Source: Phoronis australis
Lineage: Eukaryota > Animalia > Phoronida
Assembly (NCBI GenBank): GCA_002633005.1
Contig: NMRA01000399.1
Span: forward strand, 26,481-90,480
Length of the DNA stretch: 64,000 bases
Reading direction: 5' to 3'
A program made the position numbers and the translations under genes. Shown here one piece after another: positions 1 through 13,800 of this stretch. Within the stretch, counting starts at the first letter, position 1, and every line of letters starts with the position of its first letter. The notes under the pieces are model-generated. The model was not told the origin of the DNA, made no database searches, and was given only the letters and a program-made list of their open reading frames with translations.

Positions 1-1824
1 CGAGTTCTGAAAATAGGAAACAAGTATTTATACACAAGAACCATCAAATGTTATGAAAGTTGCTCTTGAAGATCAGGGCCGAGGAGTTATAATCTAAATT
101 CTGACATAACTAAGACACAAACTCAACCAATTGTCACATTATTAGGGAACAACTTTGCAAGTCGAAGTGTGCCATGCAATAAGTCACTTGTCTAGAGTAA
201 TTTCAGGGTCAGAGGTACGACCAGATTCCTCTTGCATCGGTATTCCCTGTTTCTCATAAGCAATAAGCACAGCTAACAACAAACTTCCATTTTGTCAAGG
301 CCAGTACGTAATGACGGATCACAACTTGTCAACGGACCACTTCTGCTGTAGATTTTTGTTTGCTCTCCATTGACAATGCGTGGAAATCTGCCAGCGGTCA
401 GCCATAGTGAACTTTACATCACTTATTCAAAATATCGTATCCTTGGACGTGACGACGTGTTTACCAAACATGCTTCAGGCTTGTGATGCGTTGCCAAGTT
501 GTCTACTTCAAGCAGAACACATGTATTAACAAAACTCTTTTCTCACAAGTACAATTCTTTTCTTACAACTTCACAAATCAAATCTCCCAAAATAGTAATA
601 AAGATGAGGATGCATGAAACATTTCTTTTCCCATTGAACCGCAGTTTCTTTCGCTCCAACACTGTTGAAATAATGGCAACACACAACAAAACGAAAGTAA
701 TCGCACAAAAAACGCTTCTCTGTAATGATGGCTAATTCTGTGAACTATTATGGCAGCAAAATTCTAATTACAAAATAGTTTAGCCACGTTACTAACAATC
801 GTGTTAGTTTCCCTTCATTCATTCTCGGTCATCAGGGGAGACTACTCTCGACGGTCATCAGGGGAGACTACTCTGACGATGAATTTGGCATGATGGAGAA
901 TTATGGGTAATTTGTCTGAATATGTTTGGCTTGAACTGTAATCGTGTCAAGAGAAAAATAGAGGTCGTGAGAAACTCACTGCATCAATGAGAAAATACCT
1001 AAATTTTAAAAGAGAACACCGGTGTGATATGAGAGATTGCATCAATATAGCCCATGTGATCTGTGAGAGAAGATTGCATCAATATAGGAACAGCGTAAAT
1101 ATTGTGTCACAAAAATTGAACAGGAATTCAAAGATAACGTCACAAATTTTTGACAAGCTGACACTATCATGATCTACCGATTCAAATATATCACCAAATT
1201 GGTACTTTTCTAATCACTTGAATTAAAAGTTTTCTTGATATTAAACGAAGCATCAGCACAGGATATCGAATTGTAGCAATACGTCTATGCTTAATTAAAA
1301 TTACTTCAGCATCACTCTCCTCAACAGACAATCATTCCTGCCCAATAGTCAAAACAGTCTTGCATGTAGAAAAATAACACTTCAAAGTACTTACAAAAAT
1401 CCATCGCCAACCATTAGTTTGCCTCCAAAAATAATGAAACGAAGCATATTTTTAAAGTAAGTTACACTGGAACAACAGTTACACGTCATTCACTTTAAGA
1501 TTTTGTGTTTGCAAGGTGAAATACGTGATTGCGGAAGAACGACAAAAGGGAACAAGACTTATACTACACGAAAAACATAAAATTGCTTGATGAACAAAAA
1601 CATACTTCAGACACTGATTTGTCACTAAGACACAGATGAGGAATTAGTTGACAATTGCCCTTAAACCACAGCTTGATCTATGCATCTTAACGGCACAAAT
1701 TTCTGTTCAGTAACATATATCTCCGCCCCCTCCACAGGCTCCACCCCTAATGCATGTTAGGTGACTCCCCTTGTACATGCCACGACCTATCTACACGCTA
1801 CACCCTGACACAAGCCACGCCCCT

Positions 1825-4800
1825 CTACATGCCAGGCAGATCACTCATGCTCTTTTCACGTGACTCCGTCCACGCCTTGGCAATGGTTCTCTTCATCTCA
1901 TCATCTCCATCTTCATACATCTTCTTCATCATGTTCATCAGACTCTCCTGCGGATCTTGGCTTTCGTCGTATTTTGGCATTTTGCTTAAATGAACGTAAG
2001 TTTTGAACTAAGTTTTATAACAGCAACACAACTATGACGAAATGAGCATCAGGGCCCAGTTGCATAAAAGTTATACGTCGTATAGCAACAATGACATCGC
2101 ATTATCATGCGTCACGTTGTTATTGTTGAACAATGCACCTCATGTCAGCGGATAACTTTTGAAGCTTTATGCAACCCACCCTGGTCAGCATGACATGTGA
2201 CTGGCACATGACTGGCACACGAGCCCACTGATGGACAGTTCAGCTGGTGGATTCCACGTAAAGTGACTGAGAAACACTTCAATTATAAATTCATGTCTGA
2301 TTTTCGCACGGCATGAAAAGAATCTCAAAATCAAAAAGTAAATAGTCATGCCATCTCTTGAAAAGACAATTGAATCGATTGATTGCTCACATGAAATAAA
2401 TGATTAACTGACAGTTACAGCATTAAACATCAATTTTCCTTAATGTTTACCATTGTACAGTTGAGGTGCATGGCACAAATGTATTTTTTTTCTTTTGACA
2501 GGTGATTATACAGTAATAGTGCCCCAATACCCGCGACAAAAAACCACCTAAACTTACTCCTTGCTCTCTTTCGCATCAGCTTCTCGCTTTGTCACATAAG
2601 CCCAAGTCTTCACCTCTGATTTCTTCAACATAACCAACACACTATCGGCCTTCACCTTAAAGCAAGTTAAGCAGAATGCTTCAACAGTATAAAGTAAAGA
2701 CGGACATCGGTATAATATATTAAAATATTCCCTGCATTTAGAGCGGTATGCACTTTATCAAGGGTGTGACACAGACTGATAGATAGATATGTGACGCAGC
2801 ACAGAAGATGACATGGTGACGTACAACAAGAACAATATGGATCCTAACAAGCCACAGAGGGAGCATGCATGAAGAGACGAAGAATCTCAACAGAAAAAGG
2901 TGCCTAACGTATATTATTCACTGCACACTTGCAATGATATACCTACGTCCCTGTTTAGACCTCTGGCGTGGCTATAGAATGTGGCAATGAACTCAGCCTC
3001 GTACGTTCTCCGAGAGTTGATATAAGGCAATCGCCTTTAACTACTAACACATTAATGTCACTGATAGTGTGTCCCACAAGATTGAAATGATTCCCGGTGA
3101 GGACCACCTTATTGTTGTGCAGGATCATCTGTTTATGGCCGTTCATTCTCGTGCGTAATGGGTTACAAGTCTCCTCAAAATACAAAGCGCGAGGACAACA
3201 CATCTAATCAGATAAGCAGTACAGGCACTTGAGCATGTGAGCTTATTGCCGATTCCATACGAGACACCATCAAGGCCTGTAACAGACTCCTCTGATATAC
3301 GAGTGCAAGTCGAGCACCTCCGTTTCTCACATCTCACAGCAGGGACTCATCTAGGATTTGAAAATTGGGGGTCCAAATTCGTGAGACTGATGAGTCGTGC
3401 AAAGCGTAAATCTGAGGCACACAGCGCTGATGGAGGGGGGGGGGGAACCTGGGGCGCCCAGCGCTGATGGGGGGGAAGGTGGGGGTGAAGCTCCCCTCAC
3501 CCGCTGAGGAAAAAAATTGTTACATAAAAAAGGTCATTTCCTTGCATTTTATTTAGCACACTGTTTGCGTGTCTTTTTCTTGTTCAAAGGATGGCACATA
3601 GGGAAACTAAACAAAAATTAGGAGGTTTGTTCCATTCAGGATTTGTGTATATTGTCACTAGACTGCAAAAATCAAGATCTGTAAATATTTTTAGTAAGAT
3701 AATCTGTGTAGAGTTGCATGTTAGACAGATAATCCACAGCATGAGTACAGTACTCAATGTATCTTGAAACTCTCAAAATAGAAGTGTACTACTTTAATGC
3801 AGCTGAGAAACCATTTAAAATTATGAGAAGACAATGAAGTCGCATTCGAAAGGACCTGAAGAAATATATCCTAGAGTACTTGTCTACGTTTCATTACATC
3901 GCACAGTACTGCAATTCACGAGTCCACAAAAACAAGGCCATATCCTCAACAAATTCACAACTCAGTATCACCAGTGCTCAACACGGGCGAAAATCTCCGC
4001 TGGAAAATAGAAGTGACGGCGTATGTGCACTCGCACGTTTATACCAGGACTTAGCTTCGTAAAGGATCGTGACCAAAAAACGTCGAAACTCAGTGTTTGA
4101 ATTTGGCATTCGTATTTTTACGTTTCTAAATGTTTTTCCGAGCGCTTTACTCGTAAATTTCACGTTGTTTGGCTACGAGCGTCGCCAGTGGTCGCCGCGG
4201 ACATCGTAGTTGTTAACGTCTTCTGCATTGCATTATAAGTGGACGCTTTGTTGAATTGAAACTTACAAGGTCGAAAGTCAATCACAGTCTTTCATAGTAC
4301 GCTACAAGAAATTTATTCTTAAAAAGAACCATTCTTTTCTTGCAATTTAAGAGCCTGGTTCACGGCCGAGGTAACAGAAGCTGTGCACGTGACTGGCTGA
4401 CCAATTTTTTCCATACACGGCACGCAGTGCCACACACAGAGGATAAACTCGAATCGCCCAATAATCATGGAATTCAACAAAAAGTTGAACTATTTCGAGG
4501 CAATTTACTATCATGCTAAGTTAGTCATTGAATACGTAACCAACATTACACACCACATTTTTTTCTCGTAAAGTTTGCACTGCATTTTCGCGCATCAATA
4601 GAAGTAGTTCGGCTGTGCGGATTTTTTTGATAATTTTTCATTCATTCGTTCGACTTGCAACGGAACTATGCGAACAAATTAAGGAAGTTTGCGCCAAGTT
4701 TTATCTGGTTTGCATGTTCAACGACATTGATGGCATTTGTATGGCAGGTCAGTGCTACAATTTTGGCGGGTATCATTTTTTTCGAAGTGTATGTTCTCAG

Positions 4801-7800
4801 CTATTTCAAATTGGCTACTCCGCCGAATAAATCGAGTGCCGCTTCAACTTCCGCGTCGGCAACTAGCATTAGGGGTACGGCAAATCCTTTGAAGTTCGGG
4901 TGTGGGTTCTTTAATTTAAAAGATTAAGTGTCCATGTACGGTTAGTTAGCGCTGGATGCAATACTTCTCGACACTAGCCGTGCGGGGGATTACGTATGAA
5001 GTCACCTTGACGTCACAGAAAAGGAAGGTATTTCCCAAAGATGGCTGCCAGTATTTGCCGATCGTCATTGTGACATTTATAGTAAAAAGAGACGGCAAAA
5101 GTTTCTAATGTCGAGTTATTTCTTAATATTTAGCGAACTTAAACAATGAATTGTAGGTTTCAATAAAATTTATTAATAATAATCAAATGTTAAAATTCTT
5201 CATTTAGCCATCATTTTCACCGAGGTTGTCTTGGAACAGGCAGTCTTTTTTCCGTCTTGGCTGTGCCGTCCAAAGCCGTCATAGATAAATCCCTGTCTCA
5301 CAGAGCCCACCTGTAGGTGATCTGCATTTATAAACCTGATTGTAACTACAATTTTCCTCAGGATGCTGGCTATAGACGTGGCCTGCTGAGGAAAACATTA
5401 GTTAATTGCTCTTCGTCCGAGTTCATCAAAAATCATGTTCAGTCCTTTCGTCACAAGTTTGTATCCTGGTGTGAATCAACATGCTCTTATCTTGCCTATT
5501 CACCTGGTCCTTAAGGATCAGGAGTTGCTCCTTAGAGATAGATTGTACCTTGGATAGAGTGTCAGATACCAAACACAGTTCATAACCCCTTTCAACAAAC
5601 CTAGTGGACAACAGTCCACCTTCTCTACAGAAATCCTCATCGTCTGTGCATATGTGGAGATGGTGAACACCCTGACTGTAAATAATAGACAGCTTAAAAT
5701 GAGGGGTGGAACACTATATTAGTGATTCTTCATCATGAAGACATCACTACATTTTCAATTTTTTTTTTGAAAAAACTGACCTTGAACTTGCTTGTCTCTG
5801 GAATTATGGGATACATGAGATGTGAGACGCCGAGTCGATAATTCTTTCCATTTAGCTCACGAATAAGTAGATGAAAGGAGCTGGAAGAAATTGTGAAAGA
5901 CAATTTATTCACTATTAACACATCCAATGATATTTGACTTCATTGAGGGTTATCACACACATTGACAAAATGCAAGGAGTCAAAAGTCTCAAAACAACCA
6001 CCGGACTTAAGTGCAGGTTCCTGTGAAGCCTCCTTGGCCCTTCATTACAAGTTCACACAAACACGGCGACAGCACATCAGTATTTCCGTGTTAATTTCTT
6101 ATTTTTTGCTTATTACTTAGATTTGTCTTTCATTTTGTAATTATGTTTTTGTCTTGCTATCTGTTTGTTATTTACTGAGGGCCCCCATGGAATGCAGTGT
6201 GAACTGATGGGGCTACCCTCATTGTAACTATTTCATTAATAAATAATAAATAAACAACTATAAAGATGTTATAAACATACATTTGCCCATTAAAACACAG
6301 TTTGTATAACTTTCTCTTGTAATTGGCCTTAACTTGTAGCTCACTCAGATGATTTGTGAGCTGAAGAAGAATTAATAGTTTGGTTGTGCTCCGTGCAATA
6401 AACTCCAGATTCATAGTGATCGCTAAAGACACACCATGACAAGCTCAATCATCGAGCTTCATACAGAACAATAGACACATCACGACAAGCTCAATCATCG
6501 AGATTCATACAGAACAATAGACACATGATGACAAACTCAATCATCAAACTTCATACAATAAGAAACTGCCAGCTGTTACTAAGCCCAATAACTAACTTTA
6601 ATATGAGAATGGAGACCAGATTTATAGCAGTAACTGTACAACATTATAAGTTGTTTTTTTCACAGGAGGATTTACACTACTTATGACTAAATGTAACTGG
6701 AAAAAATTCTATAAATTGTTACAAAAAACAATCTTTGCCGAGTTAAGTCTAATAATTATGCAATAGAAATACCCAAGCTGTTGTTCATATACTACATGGA
6801 ACTTTGCATTACAGCTCAGCACACAAGGATAACAGACATCATTCAATTAACTGTTTTTACAATGGCTGACAAGCTCAGCATACCAGGATAAAAAATTAAT
6901 AAAGTTTGCACGGATACAACTGCATGAGTGAAAAACGCGAACCTGATCGTCTCTTTCTAAACAGCTTAACAGCATTTCATTTTTAAAACCTCGTTAATAA
7001 AGCCCATATTGAATACTAACCTTTGTGTAAACTCACACGTCACATTCTCTTGAGGCAACTTTCCGACTCCGTCAGCAGTCACATAGATCTTCATAAACTT
7101 ATCAGACTGATCCCATGCTGAATGTATGAAAAAAACATGAATGTATGACGAAACAACCGATAGGACACCTCAGAACTGTTTATAATGGTAAGACACAATT
7201 TATACAAGTACAATCATTGAACATCACAGAATAGCGGAGTTGCAACGCCGCCATATTGGAAATGGGTCAGAATGTTGCATTGTGGTTAAGCCGGTAAACA
7301 AGTACGTCGGCAAGCGTGGGGGCGAACCGGCCACAGGGAGGTTATACGCGTTGTGTGCCTGGCATGCAATAATACCAGTCAGCGAGATAAAAAATTTAGT
7401 AACTACCTGTTTCCCAAGGATCAAGAACTGCGTTAAACATGGGTCAGAGACATTAGTAGAGATGGTAGCAAAGGACGACTTCGTGAATTCTTTCCGACTT
7501 GGTAGCATAAAGTATGCAGCGCTCATTTTGAGGGCGGCAAGAAAACGTATCTTGACAACTGCCCAACAATATCTCCCTTCAAAGAAACAGTAACAAAATA
7601 CTCTACGGCGTTTGGTAGTGAAAAAAAATCTTGTTTTCGCTTGACCAGAACCAAGCCAACATGAGCAATTTTGAGGATAATGCCTCTGCACAATCACCTG
7701 TTCTGGGTCAACACACTTAACGTACGCTCACTATATGTATTACGCGCTAGGATAAAGCGTGCAGAATATTATTATTTACTTTCTACAAAATTGTGGTGCA

Positions 7801-10800
7801 TTGCTATCAAAATTCATTGTTAAATTACGATCATTTTTCATAAAATTGTGTTGGAAGTCCCAGGGTGAAATCTTGCCGACAAATGCGTAGCTGCCGGTCT
7901 CGCAATCGTCGATAGGGCTTGAATTCTTGAATAAGAATACAGCTTCGACTCAACAAATTACCTGAAATCCTCCTCAAGTTTTCCAAATAGCGTCTCTAAG
8001 ATTTTTAAATCCTTGTGGATTAACTGCAGATTAAGTCCAAATCTGCGCTAGATTGTAGCCCGCAACACGATAAAAATCTCTGGAGGAACACACGTTGTTG
8101 TCATGTAACGTTTGTTTTGAAGTTTGTATGCGTGTGTGTGACAGTAAGCGTGCGTGTGCTTGTCATCAGAGTTCATTTGCCAGAGTAATGTAATGACCTA
8201 GGTGTGCATTGTATCCAAAGAAATTAAGTCAAGCAGTCAAGCAGAGCGTGTTTTAATATTTAGTTTAGCACTTGCTGGCCTCATCTGCTAAAAAATGTTT
8301 GAGAATTTTTTCGGTAAGACCGAAATGTCATTCATTGAGTCGCCGGGTGAGTAGATGCTTGACGGTAGTGTAACAGCTATTTTCCGGAAGATTTGGGGTG
8401 CAAGGGTGCGAAGTGGGTCATTTTGACCTTAAAAACACCAATTACGATTAGTTAAATAATTTCTCTTCAAAAAATGCAAAAGTTTTTTACGGTATTAGAA
8501 ACTTTCGGAAATTAGTGTCAATATTTATTTGCCGATGCTTTGTTACCCGTTTCATGAATAGATAGTTCCCGACTAAATGTCTTCGATGACAGCCGGTACA
8601 TTATGCAGCTCGCGCTTCTTGGCCGCGTGCTAACACTGGTCGATTTTTTATTAGTCTTCGATTCACGGTTTTCACGTGTACAAAGAAGTTTGGATTCCTG
8701 TTGAGGCCGGAGAAGATCTTTAACTGAAAGAAACAATGCAAGGCCGCTGACAAGTACGCTGCATCTCTTTTCAAAGTCCACACCCGCGTACTGGGGCACA
8801 TCCCTCTCAAGAGCAGCAAAACTTCTGCGTTCTTTTTGAATCGCGACGTAAGTTTGAAGTGTATACGGACATAACGGTGAGGCTCGTGGTCTGCAAATTC
8901 AGGACTGTCGGATCTTTCAATTGATAAATTGGAGACGTTAGAACTGTAGGTAAGGGCATTTTTCGCATGTAGTTCATGGGCTGGGCGCTTACTTTAGCAA
9001 AGTCTGAAAACGCGTTGGGGCACTTGTTGGGGCATGGGCGCTTATTAGGGCGAATAGCGGCAGAATTGCATACAGCAGCATAGTTTAATGCACACAAATC
9101 ACACGTCATGCAAACCAATCGGCCATTCCATTTACCCTTATCAATCCCAATAGCCTTTGCGCACCCTAATTTCCGGACATGCGCAATCGTTAAATCGGTT
9201 CGGTTGCAACTCCGCTATTGCACAATGTGCGTGAAATCAAAACCCCGACATTTGCAGTCATGCGACATTTTGTAAGACAACAGCAATTTTTTACACACAA
9301 GAAGGAACGTCCATTGAATGTGTGATTTCATGGTTGAAATTATGAATTTTAAGTTACTCCGTGCATGTGACCAAAGATTTGCAACTTATGAATTCGACAA
9401 AACAAATTTTGAGAATGTTCAACAAGCCAAACATAAAACAGGGTTTTTGAAGACCAAAAAGTGACCACTAACAAATAGCTCTAGTGCCTGAAACTGATGT
9501 TCTATATTGTGGCTACCAATAACGCTACGCCATGTTCAAGTTGCATACTGTGGCTACCAATATTTTGTAAACTTCTTGGCATTCACAATACTGTTAAAGT
9601 TTTATGAAAAATGAAAAAAAAAACTTTAGAAATTATTCTTGTGCAAGATGTGACTTTACTGAAGCCTCGGCTGAAATGTGTGAGTTCGACAGTTTCTCTT
9701 GGATACTTTCAAACATCGACAGCATGTCCTTCACCCCATATTTAAAAGGTTATTTACAAGAAAAAGCTTCTAAACTTTAGACTGAATTAAGGTGATTGTC
9801 AACACACCATAGTTCTCAACATTGACCGTGTATGTCTTTGGTACCCTGACTTGAGAACCCTCAGTTTTGCTCGATGAGTTCGCCGATGGTTCAGACACTG
9901 GCGCTTCCTTCTCCTCTAAGGTCAGAATAGATGTCTGAAGCTTGCGCACCTCCATCGCTAGAATGTCTCGCACCTTCTCCCGTGTCGTTAGGCCCAACAG
10001 GCGTTTAAACTCTTCTAGGTCATACTTAAGCTGTAACAAGAGAATCTGAATGAGGTTCACAGATCAGAGGAGTGAGGTTCATAGAAGATCAGAGGAGTGA
10101 GGTTCACAGAAGATCAGAGGAGTGAGGTTCATAGAAGATCAGAGGAGTGAGGTTCAGTGACAGTTTTTCCTCAGCACGTGAGACGATAATGAGTACACCC
10201 CAGTACGCAGCAACAGCGTGGGATGTTGACTGACTCATAAGCAAAAGCATACGACGACCGAACTTATCACAACCGAGGTAGAACAATGACTGACTCGACT
10301 GCTCTCACAGTTGGACTATATGAAAACAAATTGGCGCGAAATTCTTGCCTCCCAAAACGTCACTTCCTGAGTAGATGACGAGTAATTAATTAAATTACGA
10401 AAAGCAGTAACTAAGTGAAAAATATGTTTGGGATAATCAACAAACCTTATTTTTGCTAAAAGCAGCTAAAACTGACATGAAAAAAGGTTGCCTTCGTCTT
10501 TAATGTCAAGGTCGCGAATGTGTGAACTTGGAATACACTAGGAAACTTATCAATTTCACTCAAATAATCATATTGATGTTGATAAAAATTTGCACAATAC
10601 TACAGCAAATTATATACTGGGGAACCCAATGGTCGTCCGCCTAAGCATAAAACCGACTTGCTGTTGTACTCACCGAATTATTCCACTTCAAAGTTATGAT
10701 CTGAATAGGATTCAATTTAACTCTCACAGATATACCGCATTCATCGATTCGGAAGTTTTCATTAATTTGTGCCGAGTTATTTCAAATGTGCACTGCCTTC

Positions 10801-13800
10801 GGCAGCCATTTTATTGTGACACCTAAGGTCGTCATATGCTGCCCCCTTTTGTAAAAACTGAGAAACATGCAGAAAAAGGCCAACGAAGCAATGAAAATTG
10901 CAACAGCCTGTTTTTATTGACATAAACTCGATTTGAAGCTTTGATGTTGAGCTCTGCACTGTGGTTTCCAATAAAAGCCAATTGGACAACATTTCAATGC
11001 AGTTTAATGGTGAATGTGTGAGGAAAAAATGTTAAGAACCCAGCGTATTGCATTTATCTGCGGATTTTTCTTTTGGCCTTCTAGATCCTACTAGTGCCTG
11101 GGACAAACAGATACATTGCATAAACAAACCCTGNGATCCATACAGAACAATAGACACATCACGACAAGCTCAATCGTCGAGCTTCATACAGAACAATAGA
11201 CACATCACGACAAGCTCAATCATCGAGATTCATATAGAACAATAGACACATAATGACAAACTCAATCATCAAACTTCATACAATAACAAACTGCCAGCTG
11301 TTACTAAGCCCAATAACTAACTTTAATATGAGAATGGAGACCAGATTTATAGCAGTAACTGTACAACATTACAAGTTGTTTTTTTCACAGGAGGATTTAC
11401 ACTACTTATGACTAAATGTAACTGGAAAAAATTCTATAAATTGTTACAAAAACAATCTTTGCCGAGTCAAGTCTAATAATTATGCAATAGAAATACCCAA
11501 GCTGTTGTTCATATATTACATGGAACTTTGCATTACAGCTCAGCACACAAGGATAACGGACATCATTCAATTAACTGTTTTTACAAGGGCTGACAAGCTC
11601 AGCATACCAGGATAAAAAAATTAATAAAGTTTGCATGGAGACAACTGCACGAGTGAAAAACGCGAACCTGATCGTCTCTTTCTAAACAGCATAACAGCAT
11701 TTCATTTTTAAAGCCTCGTTAATAAAGCCCATATTGAATACTAACCTTTGTGTAAACTCACACGTCACATTCTCTTGAGGCAACTTTCCGACTCCGTCAG
11801 CAGTCACATAGATCTTCATAAACTTACCAGACTGATCCCATGCTGAATGTATGAAAAAAACATGAATGTATGACGAAACAACCGATAGGACACCTCAGAA
11901 CTGTTTATTATGGTAAGACACAATTTATATAAGTACAATCATTGAACATCACAGAATTGCACAATGTGCGTGAAATCAAAACCCCGACATTTGCAGTCAT
12001 GCAACATTTTGTAAGACAACAGCAATTTTTCACACACAAGAAGAAACGTCCATTGAATGTGTGATTTCATGGTTGAAATTATGAATTTTAAGTTACTCCG
12101 TGCATGAGACCAAAGATTTGCAACTTATGATTTCGACAAAACAAATTTTGAGAATGGTCAACAAGCCAAACATAAAACAGGGTTTTTGAAGACCAAAAAG
12201 TGACCACTAACAAATAGCTCTAGTGCCTGAAACTGATGTTCTATATTGTGGCTACCAATAACGCTACGCCATGTTCAAGTTGTATACTGTGGCTACCAAT
12301 ATTTTGTAAACTTCTTGGCATTCACAATACTGTTAAAGGTTTATGAAAAATGAAAAAAAATTTAGAAATTATTTTTGTGCAAGATGTGACTTTACTGAAG
12401 CCTCAGCTGAAATGTGTGAGTTCGACAGTTTCTCTTGGATACTTTCAAACATCGACAGCATGTCCTTCACCCCATATTTAAAACGTTATTTACAAGAAAA
12501 AGCTTCTAAACTTTAGACTGGATTAAGGTGATTCTCAACACACACACCATAGTTCTCAACATTGACCGTGTATGTCTTTGGTACCCTGACTTGAGAACCC
12601 TCAGTTTTGCTCGGTGAGTTCGCCAATGGTTCAGACACTGGCGCTTCCTTCTCCTCTAAGGTCAGAATAGATGTCTGAAGCTTGCGCACCTCCATAGCTA
12701 GAATGTCTCGAACCTTCTCACGTGTCGTTAGGCCCAACAGGCGTTTAAACTCTTCTAGGTCATATTTAAGCTGTAACAAGAGAATCTGAATGAGGTTCAC
12801 AGATCAGAGGAGTGAGGTTCATAGAAGATCAGAGGAGTGAGGTTCACAGAAGATGAGAGAAATGAGGTTCACAGTTGATTAGAGAAGTGAGGTTCACAGT
12901 AAACCAGATGAGTGAGGTAAGGGATTCACATTTAGGAATGTGAGGCGGTACCCACTCAAGGCATGCTTTGAAATCCAATTTTGCAATCGGAGGAAACATG
13001 AACAAAGTGTATTAGAGCCACTGCGACTAGTAACTGAAATCTTGTGATTTATTGTACGTAGAAAAAATATGAAAAACACACTCGAGACTGAAATCTTACA
13101 TACTTCCGAGACTTATGCACCTGTAAAGTAGTGCACCTCTGTAATACTGCCATGTAACCAAAATACAAGTTATTTGATAACAGTAATAATGCATATAGAA
13201 TGTAGCAAATACTTGTAGTGTTACGGTTCACAATAGCTTTTTATTTGTGAAATTACTCATTTTGTTGAATAATAAAACATTTTGTGTTTGCCTTGAGGTG
13301 CAATAGTCAGGCTGATACAGAATTGACACACATAGCCACTAAACATTGACACACACAGCCACTAAACATTGACACACACAGTCACTAAACATTGACACAC
13401 ACAGTCACTAAACATTGACACACACAGTCACTAAACATTGACACACACAGCCACTAAACATTGACACACATAGCCACTAAACATTGGTTTGAAATTGCAC
13501 CAAAACTTTTGGTACTTACTAAATATAGTTTTCTTAAAACTGTTCTTCATCAATTTCTATCGGGGACTAGCACACGTGCCATTGTTTTATCTGTTTGTGA
13601 ACCATATCGATGTGAAATAAACCTTTACATACTTACTTACTGACGTGCATGAACTTGGAATCCTTCTTAAAGGTGAAGGCAACCTTTTTTCATATAACTT
13701 TTAGCAAAAATAAGGTTCGTTGATTATCCCAGACACATTTTTCACTTAATTACAGCTTTTCGTAATTTGATTAATTTTTCGTCCTCTACTCCGGAAGTGA

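Noticed and set aside
2656-5780. Possible U12-type intron (CTTAAC near an AAG acceptor)
   Set aside because: The donor is GTCAGT, not the U12 GTATCCT consensus.
7224-7697. 157-aa and 117-aa ORFs inside the AT-TSD element as a transposase
   Set aside because: No recognisable DDE, THAP or YqaJ motifs.
13322-13485. Short direct-repeat arrays (also 36162-36622 and 59756-60037) as CRISPR-like
   Set aside because: The units are head-to-tail with no unique spacers, there are no cas genes, and the context is eukaryotic intron.
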